A stretch of DNA of 64,000 nucleotides, taken from a virus. Within the stretch, counting starts at the first letter, position 1; the number at the start of each line of letters is the position of its first letter. The translations under genes were made by a program, and so were the position numbers. The stretch covers positions 112,808 to 176,807 of the IMG/VR virus record IMGVR_UViG_3300032285_004073; one strand, written 5' to 3'. The notes beneath the pieces were generated by a model that worked only from the letters and a program-made list of their open reading frames with translations, did no database searches and had not been told where the DNA came from. Below are positions 38,455 through 49,300 of the stretch, piece after piece.

Positions 38455-39951
38455 TTAATAAAATATACTAACAGAACCACTTCCCCCTTCTTGCCCCCAT
38501 CCAAATCCATTTGCTTTACCGGTATACGTATCTTTAATAGGTGCTCCCTTCCCTCCATTTTGTGTATACCTTATGATAAATCCTTGAATTGATACATAAT
38601 CCTTTCCATCAGAACCCGCATATGCTCCATTGTCTTTATCAACAACTATACCTCCTATTCCTCCGTTTAACCCTCCTCCTCCTCCACCACCTGCACCACC
38701 ACTAGAAGAAGTTTTATTAGTACCTTTATTCCCGGCAATAGCACCACTAGAAGTGTATGAAAGTTTAGCCTGGCCTGCTGATAGTGTACCTGCGCCACCA
38801 CCTCCTCCGCCTCCCGCAGCAATTAATTTTATTTTATCATTAATAGAAACAACTGTAGCTCCTCCACCTCCACCTCCACTACCTCCATAAAGCCCTTTGC
38901 CTAAAGAACCTCCATTTCCTCCATTATAATTCAAAGAATTTTTACCTCCATTACCGCCAAAATCCGCCGGTCTTTTATTATTAAAACCAGGGTAACCTCC
39001 ATAACCTATGGATATCTTAATTTTATCACCAGGTGCTACAGGGATCACTCCATCTAATTCATGGCCACCATTTGCATCTCCTCCTTTATGATTGGCAGTA
39101 GCTCCGCCTCCTCCGCCTCCCCCTCCTATAGCCACCACTGTAATAGAGGTTATCCCATCAGGGACAGTCCATACGCTATCTTTTATAAAATCTATTTTAT
39201 TTTTATTGAGATTAGGTAATGACAAAGGCTGATTGGCTGCTAGAGATGTTGATAAGGTATTAACAAAAGTTAATGGTGAATAAACTGAATCTCTAAAAAT
39301 ATAATTTACATATGTCCATACATTGTTTATATTTTGAAATTGTACAATTATAGCTTGTGAGATATAAACACTTTCTCTTGATAAATTTACATTCATTAAT
39401 CTATCCCAATATCCAAAACTCTTAGGACTTTTGGCAGTTGCTAAAAGGTGATCTGAATTTTTAATATTAGGTGCATAACTATAAGGGAAGAATGTTAAAT
39501 CTATAATAGTATTTTGCGGATAATCTTTTGTAGAATAATTGGTAGTTAACCAAGATTGTCCAACGTGTTTTAATTTAGCATCAACAAAATTATCTATATC
39601 TTTTGTATTTGTAGATTTTAATACTAACGGTGATCGGTTGGCATCTATAGGATACAACACAGAAAATTCTAAATGGCTCCAAGCAGCACTTAAAACGTTA
39701 ACCGTTGTTATAGCTCGTAAAATGTTATCAACTTTGGCCTCTGTGTATGATGCGCTTAATGTTTTATAGTTAGAAACCAATGAAGAAAAGTTGTTAAAAA
39801 TATTCAACAGATTACTATCATTATTATAAAAGATACTGGAAAGATTGCATATAGTTGTATCTAAAGATAATACATTATAATTATGTTTACCTACAGAATC
39901 ACCCACACTGTCATTTATATCTATATTTAAAGTAGGTATTATACAGTTCAT
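38455..39951 (-). CDS. Virion protein, paralog 3 of a triplet, with glycine-rich C-terminal domain
   Basis: N-terminal I...D.VGDS....N.N...L shared with the two adjacent genes; W.VP.G.T.I.V...GGGGGGG domain. Confidence 0.7.
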   Translation of the reverse strand: MNCIIPTLNIDINDSVGDSVGKHNYNVLSLDTTICNLSSIFYNNDSNLLNIFNNFSSLVSNYKTLSASYTEAKVDNILRAITTVNVLSAAWSHLEFSVLYPIDANRSPLVLKSTNTKDIDNFVDAKLKHVGQSWLTTNYSTKDYPQNTIIDLTFFPYSYAPNIKNSDHLLATAKSPKSFGYWDRLMNVNLSRESVYISQAIIVQFQNINNVWTYVNYIFRDSVYSPLTFVNTLSTSLAANQPLSLPNLNKNKIDFIKDSVWTVPDGITSITVVAIGGGGGGGGATANHKGGDANGGHELDGVIPVAPGDKIKISIGYGGYPGFNNKRPADFGGNGGKNSLNYNGGNGGSLGKGLYGGSGGGGGGATVVSINDKIKLIAAGGGGGGGAGTLSAGQAKLSYTSSGAIAGNKGTNKTSSSGGAGGGGGGGLNGGIGGIVVDKDNGAYAGSDGKDYVSIQGFIIRYTQNGGKGAPIKDTYTGKANGFGWGQEGGSGSVSIFY

Positions 39952-40754
39952 GCTACTAAGAATTTATCAAATACCCAATTACAATCAACTACTTTAAAAG
40001 ACATAGTTATCATATCTTGTAATTCCTGTCTATCCACATAGTTAATACCTACATTTGCTTTTATATATCCAGTGGCTTGCATATCCAGACCCTGTACTAT
40101 TTTACTAATGTATGGACTATCAAAAGAACAATTAGAATCCTGAGGTATTGCACATTTAAAAATAAAAGGTTTTTTAGTTTTAGTATCATTGCAGTTAAAA
40201 GTAGTTTGATTACAATGGACTATACCGGTGCTATATGTTACACAATTTGCTACGATTTTATCGTTTTTAGTTTTACAAATGGTACTAGCGGTTTGTATAC
40301 TAGAATTGTTGTTAACTCTTTCTGTATATCTGTGTAGATATACTACAGCTTGTTGATTTTGAACATAATTAGGAACAATTGTATTAGAATTATTAACTGG
40401 ATAATTAGCATTAAGCCAGGTGCCAACCATTTCTAAATAAGTGGATTGTGTTAAGGTATTAGATAAAATTTCTGGATAGAAAGCCGTAATTGGATTTAAC
40501 CATTTAGCACTATTAGAAAAAACTAAGGTTGTTAATGTATTTAAATTTGCTGAATTACTTTGAATAAAAGTAAGAGAATCTTGTATATAATTTAAATTAT
40601 CAAAAAAGAAACCAATTACTGGTATAATTTCATTGTTATAACTATATTGAATATCATTAACCCAATCATTTAAATTAGAATAATTTGTATTTATATCTGA
40701 TAAACTATCACCTATAGCAGACGAAGATAAAATTTGAGAAAATGTATAATTCAT
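39948..40754 (-). CDS. Virion protein, paralog 2, with Cys-rich variable segment
   Basis: AIGDSLSDINTNY; YP; WL..NYP; Cys-rich insert; TAAATA 3 nt upstream. Confidence 0.65.
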   Translation of the reverse strand: MNYTFSQILSSSAIGDSLSDINTNYSNLNDWVNDIQYSYNNEIIPVIGFFFDNLNYIQDSLTFIQSNSANLNTLTTLVFSNSAKWLNPITAFYPEILSNTLTQSTYLEMVGTWLNANYPVNNSNTIVPNYVQNQQAVVYLHRYTERVNNNSSIQTASTICKTKNDKIVANCVTYSTGIVHCNQTTFNCNDTKTKKPFIFKCAIPQDSNCSFDSPYISKIVQGLDMQATGYIKANVGINYVDRQELQDMITMSFKVVDCNWVFDKFLVA

Positions 40755-40760
40755 ATATAT

Positions 40761-41549
40761 TTAGCTTTTTATAACCCATTCAAATTTACCTGGATTGTAG
40801 GGATCTGGGTTTGATATCAATTCATAGGATATAGTTTTATATACAAACCTATCATAATCACTTGCTTGGTATTTAATATTAAGCTTAGATCCTCCTGAAC
40901 CAGGACAAGAAAAATTTACAGTAGTATCAGGCGTTGTATTAGTACAATGTGTTTTGGCATCAGAACAAATATGTTGACCTTTAATATCTTGGTTACAACC
41001 TATGGTTCTTCTAGGGTCTGGACAAGGTTTACATTGAATTAATACAGTTCCGTTACTAGGTTTACAGGTTTCTAAATAACTTTCTGAAAATTTAAAATTA
41101 AAGGTATTATCATAATACAATTTAACAAACAAATTAATCACTTGATATGGAGAATAGTTATTAGTAGGGAAATTAAGTTTGACCCAATCTAATAACATAT
41201 TAGCTGATGGGCTAGCTGACCATGTATTATAATTGAGGATTTTGGGGTAGTATAATGAGAATTCATTTACAGACCAAGAAGCACTTAATGTTTGCACCGT
41301 GTTAATAGCTCCGTAATAATTTTGTATTATTCGCTGTATGTTTAAACTCATGTTTTGCATGGTAGCACTAAACTGATTCACAGTAGTACAAAGTGCTTGC
41401 CAATTATTTAAATCCCTTGACAAACTTAACAGATTGGAACTCAGCACTACAACGTTAGTATTAATAATATCAAGAGAATTTCCAACACAAGAATTCTCAT
41501 CTATTAAATCTATATTAGCGCAAGTAGGATCGGTTTTATGTAATTCCAT
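40761..41549 (-). CDS. Virion protein, paralog 1, with Cys-rich variable segment
   Basis: CVGNSLDIINTNV; YP; WV..NFP; Cys-rich insert. Confidence 0.65.
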   Translation of the reverse strand: MELHKTDPTCANIDLIDENSCVGNSLDIINTNVVVLSSNLLSLSRDLNNWQALCTTVNQFSATMQNMSLNIQRIIQNYYGAINTVQTLSASWSVNEFSLYYPKILNYNTWSASPSANMLLDWVKLNFPTNNYSPYQVINLFVKLYYDNTFNFKFSESYLETCKPSNGTVLIQCKPCPDPRRTIGCNQDIKGQHICSDAKTHCTNTTPDTTVNFSCPGSGGSKLNIKYQASDYDRFVYKTISYELISNPDPYNPGKFEWVIKS

Positions 41550-41551
41550 TT

Positions 41552-44500
41552 TTATTTCCAATTAATCTTATAAAGAGATGTATGCACAGGTGAGAATTTA
41601 TTTAAAATTCTTTTTATAGCATTTTGTATACTAACCTTTACATTATCACTTACATTCAAATTACGTATATTAATATTATAATATTTACTTTTACTTCCCT
41701 GGAGTTGAAATTTAAACCAATGTTTAATTTCTTCTACATAATTTCTAGTGCCTATTTGCATATCCCAATTCAAAGTTTTAAACTCTGGCGCAAATTCTGA
41801 TGAATGATATATTTGTTGCATCTCCCCGGTTGTTAAATATATATTATACATTCTTAAATCTGCAACAGATCCCACAAAACGATATCCTTGTGTAGAATTT
41901 AAAAAGTTATTTAAAATAGTATTTTTTACAGAAGCTGCTCCGAGAAGTAAAGATGTTCTGTAATCGTAATGTAATTGTTGAGTATTAGGAAAGAAATTAG
42001 TATGACTTACTGCAATGGCATCAACCATATACTGAGCAAATCCCTGCGTACTATCAAAAACCAAACTAAAATGATGCCACCCAGGAGAAAGAGAAGATGG
42101 GTCAAAATTTAATGATATTAATCTAGCATAATTATTATCCGCATCTGCAACCTTAAATTTCCAACACAAATTATGTCTGGTTGAATAATATTTTCTTAAA
42201 TTTTGATATCCAGTAAAATCACCTTTAGAAATAAAATTTATAGAATCTTGAGGATTAGTTAATCCTCCTAAATTTATTCGAGATACAGCTTGTCCGTTTT
42301 GATCTATAAGATAAGCTTCATTGACCGTGGAATCAATCATTACCATTAAATCATCATGGTAAGAAGATAAAGAACATTTATTAGTTAATAAAGGAGAATC
42401 TATAAAATTAATATATCTATTGCGTTCCTTATTTTGTGTAGACGGATAAGATGTATAAGAATCCTGTGTAGTTACTTTTAATAAATTTTCCTGGGCTAAT
42501 ATATAAGCTGGTTCTTTGTCAGTTGTTGAAAGGAAATGATAATCTTCTTCTAAAGAAGAACTCATAATAGGAATCTGCACTGGTTTAGGAACCGGACAAT
42601 TACTTTGATCTAATAAATTAGAACCTAGGCTATAAGAAAATACAAAATTACCTTTAGAATCTATTTTCGTATATTTTTCATCATTAGATATAATCCAAAG
42701 ATTGTTTTCTCGATCACAAGTTATTTGTCTAGATAACCCTACAACTCCAAATATATTTCTATTCTTATAGAGGTTAATACCTATTATTTCCCAGATATTA
42801 TTATTGTTATCTATAACTGAGGCATTACCATAAATCTCTATCAACTTATTGTTCAAATCTATTTCTATACGGTTAGTAGAAGAAGAAACAGAGACAAGAG
42901 ACACATAGCTACAATTAGCGTCTAATAACATATATTTTTTAATACTGTTATCGTATATATAGAAATAACCAACACTATTCATTTCTATTTGATCAATCTG
43001 TTTTAAGAAAGAAGCATTGGGAATAGTTCTGTCTATAATAATTTTATTATCTGGATCATATTTTATAGCTCTAAAATTTAAAGTGTCAAAGACCCAATAA
43101 CTATAATCTGGTAATCTTTGAACTATACTAAAGGAATGATAATTTGGATCTAGATTGTTTACAGTATTTAAAGAAATAGTATTTTTAGATATTTCGGAGA
43201 ATCTATAATTTAGATTGTGTATACTATTAGTAGCATTATTAACAATTGTTAAAACAGGAGCCTGTAAACGAGATTCGTTTATTAAACCAAATCCGCTACC
43301 GTAATAGTTACCAAATATTTGATACCCATTAATATTACTCCAGTCATCAGCTTTGACCCAGAGAGAAACTGATAATTTATCATTTGGCAATAAACTATCT
43401 GTAGCCGGAAATACTGCATAATTTTCACCAGTCAAATTAAAATAATTGTCTTTAAAATCTGTAGGCAAACTATTATAAACCAATCCATTATTACTAAATA
43501 CAGAACTGTCTATTAATGGCGAAGACAACCAATCAGTTATAGTCAATACATTAGAAGGACTATTGTTAACATAATTGTAATTTAAAGAAGGTAAAAAGTT
43601 TTTACTATCTGATCTCCCTGTGTGATGATACTTATAAAGTATTCCTGGCTTTAAATTTACTTGAGATACTATATCATAGATATACGGTAGGTCTGGATTT
43701 AATCTATCATTATAAACTAAAGAAGTCGCTGATAATGCTTGATCCGAAGTATAATAAGCTGAATTATAATATCTATCTTTCCATACTAAAGAATTATCGG
43801 AATTTCTACATAACCAAGAACACAACCAAATATTATTCACATCATTAGAAGAAAACAAATTCAACCCAGTTGTATGTTCTGTATAACTATAAGCATTGGT
43901 GTAGATTCTATCTGAAACACCTGGTAGTTCTCCTCCTACTGCTCCACTCTCAATAAAACCAGCTTCATTAATAGAAACAATATTTGATGTAGGACTATAG
44001 AAAAAATAGGTATCACCTACAGGCAATTCCATTTTTAATGTATTAGTTTGATATCCTAGGTGAATAGAATTTAATCCACCAGACTGATTAGTACCAGAAT
44101 ATATTTTCGTATATATTCTATTATTGGATAAATTATTATAGTTGTATTCTGTGGTCTGATAATTTTTTAAGGGATGAAAATATAAATCAGTTTCCGCTCC
44201 AGAGGATGTTATATTGAAATTTTCTGTAGGGAATATACCAAGATAATTTTGAAGATAATTTGTATTTTTAGAATATACATGTAAACCGTTTTGAACATTT
44301 AATGGTGATGCTTGATACTTCACTAAAAAACTATTTGCCACACTATCAAAAGATTTTGTTTTACTTTGATAGGAAGACAAATAAAAGACTGCATTAGTTG
44401 GTAAAGCCGAAGTAGGGTCTATATTGACTAGAGATAAAACACCATCAACACTTGCTACTATGTTATTAAAATTAGATCCTGCAGAGAATAATGAAATATA

Positions 44501-46276
44501 ACGATCTCCTAAAAGGTAATCGAATAATTGACTAGAATCTATGTTAGCAGAATTTTTTAAAGGAGTGAATTTTAATTCATCATTCACAATAGTTAAAATT
44601 TGTCCTTGGTTATTTTCTATATATACCTGTGACTTATAAAAATTAAATTTTAATTTATTAATTTCATTGATGTTAGAGAAATATGTATTGATCAACATGC
44701 TGTCGCTAACACCGAAAATATTACCATCAATATCTGCTAAAGGACTTTCTATTAAAGATAATTTATTTGTGATTTCCGGTAGATTATTATCTGATAATAT
44801 ATTGTCGTTTTGGTTTAATGTAGTTAAGAATATACCGTTTTTATTATTAAATGTGATATCTTGTAAATTTTGGAGACCATCAAATATATTAAAAGACATA
44901 CCATTACTAAAAGTAACTGGAGTTTTAGATAATTTTAGTTGTTCTCCTATGATATTAAAATCCAAAGCATTCCAATAGACTCCAGAAAAATTTTTAACAT
45001 GAATTGCTGGTGTTGGTGTAGGAGGAAGTATTACATCAAAATTATTATGAGAAGTAACTGGTGGTGTAGAAGTAACTGGTGGTGTAGAAGTAACTGTTTG
45101 AAATTGAACTAAATTATTGACTCTAGGTGATCCCAAACCTGTAACCAAATCATAGCCGATTGAATTACTATATCCATTACTACCGCTGGTTATGTCTATA
45201 AAATACTTAGAATAATTGGAACTAGCTAAATTATACAAAGTGGTGTTTATGTTTTCTTTACCTACAATATTTAAACCAGCACTGTTCATTTTTGCTATAA
45301 TAGCAGCCCATTGAGGTGCACCAGCACTGGTCCCCACCGTAGAATACCACCCCGAAAGATTGGTATTAGGGTTAGTCATATAAACAGCTACGCCAGCTCC
45401 ATTAACTTCTCCAGCATGATATGATACATCAGGTATTCCTCTTCCTACAAAAGAATTAAAGCCATTTTGATAAGAAGGTCTAGCATTTATATTACTAATT
45501 CCTCCTCCACTACCAGACCAGCCAACCTCTGTATATGTTCCTTGATAAACATTATAATGTGTAGGTGTACCACCATATAGTACAGTACCACCCACTCCCA
45601 ATACATATGGTGAAGCAGCAGGCCAATTTATCTCTGCACCCCAATCACCAGCAGCTGCAACATATTGTGCACTTGTGTTTTCAAATAAAGTATCTGGATA
45701 ATGACCAACCTGATAATCATATCCTTGATAACAAAAACTCATGGATAATATATTGGCTTTAAGTGTATTAATAGCATAATCAATACACTTAAAGACATGA
45801 TATCCGTCTGGATCCACTATTAATGCAATATTAGCAGATAATGCCATAGCATGTGCATATTGCACGTCTAAATTTGTTTCCAAAGCCCATCCTGAATCAT
45901 AGCTAGAAGGCGTTCCGAAAGGGTAATATATTTGAATATTAGTAGAAGGTATTCCTGCCGCAGCGCAAAATGTATCTAGATCTGATTGTACATTAGGATT
46001 ACCAAATACATCTATAATAGCTATAGTTTGACCAGCACCATCAGAATTAAAAGATCCACTAACTATATTTGTTACAGAATTAAATCCATAATAATCATAT
46101 AAATTAGAAGGTACCAACCAACCATTTCCCGTAGGAAATGCTGCAGAAGTTACTGGAGCTGGGATGGTATCTCCATTTATATAAGAACCTGTCTCACCAG
46201 TTAAATTACCATTTTCATCTGTGTACCCCCATCTAATTAAAGGCACTGGTTTAACATTTGCTAAAGGATCTTCCAT
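41552..46276 (-). CDS. Virion protein: N-terminal S53 (sedolisin/kumamolisin-type) protease domain fused to a LamG/propeller structural protein
   Basis: GAGQTIAIID, E133-TNL-D137, AAGD211, PAASPYVLGVGGT, RGIPDVS, GTS317AGAP, DIT.GSNG, GYDLVTGLGSP; LamG halves SVSLWVK and WHHFSLV...DLRMYN. Confidence 0.85.
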   Translation of the reverse strand: MEDPLANVKPVPLIRWGYTDENGNLTGETGSYINGDTIPAPVTSAAFPTGNGWLVPSNLYDYYGFNSVTNIVSGSFNSDGAGQTIAIIDVFGNPNVQSDLDTFCAAAGIPSTNIQIYYPFGTPSSYDSGWALETNLDVQYAHAMALSANIALIVDPDGYHVFKCIDYAINTLKANILSMSFCYQGYDYQVGHYPDTLFENTSAQYVAAAGDWGAEINWPAASPYVLGVGGTVLYGGTPTHYNVYQGTYTEVGWSGSGGGISNINARPSYQNGFNSFVGRGIPDVSYHAGEVNGAGVAVYMTNPNTNLSGWYSTVGTSAGAPQWAAIIAKMNSAGLNIVGKENINTTLYNLASSNYSKYFIDITSGSNGYSNSIGYDLVTGLGSPRVNNLVQFQTVTSTPPVTSTPPVTSHNNFDVILPPTPTPAIHVKNFSGVYWNALDFNIIGEQLKLSKTPVTFSNGMSFNIFDGLQNLQDITFNNKNGIFLTTLNQNDNILSDNNLPEITNKLSLIESPLADIDGNIFGVSDSMLINTYFSNINEINKLKFNFYKSQVYIENNQGQILTIVNDELKFTPLKNSANIDSSQLFDYLLGDRYISLFSAGSNFNNIVASVDGVLSLVNIDPTSALPTNAVFYLSSYQSKTKSFDSVANSFLVKYQASPLNVQNGLHVYSKNTNYLQNYLGIFPTENFNITSSGAETDLYFHPLKNYQTTEYNYNNLSNNRIYTKIYSGTNQSGGLNSIHLGYQTNTLKMELPVGDTYFFYSPTSNIVSINEAGFIESGAVGGELPGVSDRIYTNAYSYTEHTTGLNLFSSNDVNNIWLCSWLCRNSDNSLVWKDRYYNSAYYTSDQALSATSLVYNDRLNPDLPYIYDIVSQVNLKPGILYKYHHTGRSDSKNFLPSLNYNYVNNSPSNVLTITDWLSSPLIDSSVFSNNGLVYNSLPTDFKDNYFNLTGENYAVFPATDSLLPNDKLSVSLWVKADDWSNINGYQIFGNYYGSGFGLINESRLQAPVLTIVNNATNSIHNLNYRFSEISKNTISLNTVNNLDPNYHSFSIVQRLPDYSYWVFDTLNFRAIKYDPDNKIIIDRTIPNASFLKQIDQIEMNSVGYFYIYDNSIKKYMLLDANCSYVSLVSVSSSTNRIEIDLNNKLIEIYGNASVIDNNNNIWEIIGINLYKNRNIFGVVGLSRQITCDRENNLWIISNDEKYTKIDSKGNFVFSYSLGSNLLDQSNCPVPKPVQIPIMSSSLEEDYHFLSTTDKEPAYILAQENLLKVTTQDSYTSYPSTQNKERNRYINFIDSPLLTNKCSLSSYHDDLMVMIDSTVNEAYLIDQNGQAVSRINLGGLTNPQDSINFISKGDFTGYQNLRKYYSTRHNLCWKFKVADADNNYARLISLNFDPSSLSPGWHHFSLVFDSTQGFAQYMVDAIAVSHTNFFPNTQQLHYDYRTSLLLGAASVKNTILNNFLNSTQGYRFVGSVADLRMYNIYLTTGEMQQIYHSSEFAPEFKTLNWDMQIGTRNYVEEIKHWFKFQLQGSKSKYYNINIRNLNVSDNVKVSIQNAIKRILNKFSPVHTSLYKINWK
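45050..45096. repeat. 18-bp tandem repeat x2.6 encoding a VTSTPP linker
   Basis: AGAAGTAACTGGTGGTGT repeated at the junction between the protease and the structural part. Confidence 0.85.
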
Positions 46277-46282
46277 CTTATA

Positions 46283-46288
46283 TATTTA
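46283..46288 (-). promoter_or_regulatory. Late promoter TAAATA
   Basis: 6 nt upstream of ATG 46276 on the minus strand. Confidence 0.55.
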
Positions 46289-46304
46289 TTATTAAGTCCT
46301 ATAT

Positions 46305-49300
46305 TTAAGATTTAAATAACCCGTAATTGTTACCAAATACATCAGTTCTCCACTGATTTAAGACGCCCTTATTAGTTAGTAAAGAAGTAATTCTATCATT
46401 ATATGAATTAAAACTTAATTCGTTTCTGAAAGTAGGAGGATAGTTAGGCCCTCCAGTCCAAACTTTAAAATTATTAGGATCCCAAAATTGAAAATTATCA
46501 CTTTGAGTACTGAGACCTATTTGATTTTTAGTATCAATTTCGTAACTAGATTGATAAGGGACTAATTTTTGATTATTAACTGTATCTATAATAGTACCAG
46601 CTACCTTTCCAGCATAGTATGGTTGAAACATCCAACTATTATCTACATGATTAATAATAACCGGTGCTAGTTGATCATTTTTTGATAAACCTCTATTTCT
46701 TGGACCATATTTCTCTATATCTAAAAACAACAATTCAGCACTTATAGAATTGAAATAAGTTACACTATTAAGATCTAAACTTATATTATATCCTTTACCT
46801 CTGTAATAAGAAGTACCAAATCTATCTGGCGACATATAACCACCCGTCTGGGTTTTTGAAACCATATTAGAAGGGAATGATACTGTAGCAACTGTAGGGA
46901 AATGCACATTATCTAAATTAGCATAAGGTTCCATTGCTTCTGTTACTAAACTAGAAACGACCGGGAAAAAACTATTATTGCAAAAATTAATATTATATAA
47001 ATTTTGTGTATATTTAAATGGATTTCTAGAATAGTAATTATACTTTGCTGGTTTGAAATCTGAATAACTTTCTAATGTTAAATCACTCTTTTCGTCTGTG
47101 GAATAAGTTACTAAATTTAAAAGAGTAGAAGGTGTCAAATTATAACAAGAGTTAGGAGCCTCTTTATTAATAATCAGTTTATTCCATTGAATATTAAAAG
47201 TAGGAACAGTAAATGGTAAAAATTCTTTCCAATCAATGTTACGATTGCTTCTGTTTATATATTCTATATAACAGTTATTATTTAAAACCATCTGAGATAT
47301 TTCTGGTTGGCTTATAGGAACATAATCATTTACAAATCTAATTTGACCTGCAAAGCTCATGGTTTGCTTATTAAAATTGTTAACCGAATCCGTATTTACA
47401 TATACTTTGCCCCAGAAAGGTTTAGCTCCAAAATTAACTCCTACAGCACTTAAACTATATTGGTTAGTACCATAATCCCAGCCATCCAATTTGACATTAA
47501 TCGGAAATGATATACTAGGTGTATTGAAACTACCTTTCAAAGCATCTGTATGTATAACTGAAGAACGATGACTATATTTGATATAATCTCCAGGTCTTAG
47601 AACCATATCCGATGGAATAAAAGTTTGTGTCCAACTACCGTTTGAAGATAATATAGCCTTATACCAAGAAGGTATCCCAGGACCACAACCTAATAATTTT
47701 AAAGAATAATATTGAATAAAATTATTCAAATCACCGTCTGAGTCTAATAGATAATTTCGTAGATTAAAATAACAACCATCAGAAGACATGGTCTCCATTA
47801 TTTGGTTATAACTTGCATAGTAACCTATATCCATAGAGGTTATTTCTACGCCTGTGTTTTTAATTTGTAAAGCTATTGGTATAGCTTGACCTATGTTATT
47901 AGTTTCTTGACCATCACTAAATATTAGAATTTTTTTAGAAGCATTTGGTCTAGGGCAATTATCATAACTTGGTAATTCTGCAACCTGATTTATAGTTTCG
48001 TTTAAATCTATACAAGCTCCTGATAAATTTGAAACAGAACAACGATTATCTGCAGGATAATTTGTATAAAGAATTGTCTGAGCTAACTGTAATGCATCAG
48101 ATATATTTGTAGAGAAATTGGGATAATCTTCTATATTAGTTTGATTTATTTTATCTAATATATAATATATATCTTTAGTTAAAAATGATAAAAGTTTAAC
48201 ATTACTATCAAAAGATATTAAAGATATTTTAACATCAGCTTGAGTATTGTTTATAGAGACCGCCAAAGACTTTAATAATTGTTTAACAGTGTCAATATCA
48301 AATCGTTGACTTCTACTATTGTCTAACAATACAACTAAATCCACTTGACCAGAAAAATTATTAGGACAATTGATGCTTAAATTATTATATACATGATTTA
48401 TTACAAGATAAGGAACAGTAGCATTTGTTGATGCTGTACTGATTTTAAGAGGATTCCTATAATAGGTATATCTTCTCCCTGTCTTTAATATCATAGGCTT
48501 ATTGTTCCCAGTTTGCCATTTACCAGTACCAAAACCTATATCTAAATCCTTAGTACCATCTATCTGGAAAAAAGAAAATTGAGGACTATTATAAACATTT
48601 AAACCTCTAGTATCAATCCAATTATCTATTTTAAAACTAGAACCAAGACCAAAAGGATCAGCGAAAAGATAATCTGCCATTCCATAATAATCTTTAAGAG
48701 TCTGTCCTTGATTGCCTATAGGTGAATGATTAACAGCTTTGCAAGTACAAGGATGAGTATTAAGAGGAAAAGATTTTGTATTGTTTAAAGGATTTGGATT
48801 TTGGTAATCTTGATTAGTATAAAAATCATGAGGAAATGATTTACCATAAGCACAATCACTAGAATGTTTACAATAATAAAATACATCTTCTGCTGGAGTA
48901 TCTGGTCCTAACCAAATAAATGAAGTATATCCTCCTTCATTAACTTTAAAATTGAGAGAGCTTTGTATAGAACTGTCTATGTAATTAGCGCAATGTGTAG
49001 CTGGAGTGTCGTATACTGGAATAGAATTAACAATGTCGAGTTGACTCAAAGAACCACTTCCTAACCAAGCGGCTTCAATAGGATCGTTATTTACACCAAA
49101 ATTTAATTTATAAATTACATCTGCTTCATTTAAAGTAGTACCTGCAACAGCTCCGGACATAGCATATCCGTTATGTATGTCTTTTAACGCAATGGGTAAA
49201 CAAACTTCTTTATCTAGGGTTGCTGGGACATTAGATGTAGTACTATCAATAACAGTTAAAGGCCAATATATATTATTATCACCTACTGATATAGGTAAAT

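Noticed and set aside
38281-38890. Plus-strand ORFs including a Pro-rich one
   Set aside because: Antisense products of Gly-rich and other real minus-strand genes. The same applies to the other short nested track ORFs not listed as features.
22628-46276. Diversity-generating retroelement target among fibres
   Set aside because: No reverse transcriptase and no near-identical template/variable repeat pair differing at adenines was seen in the window.
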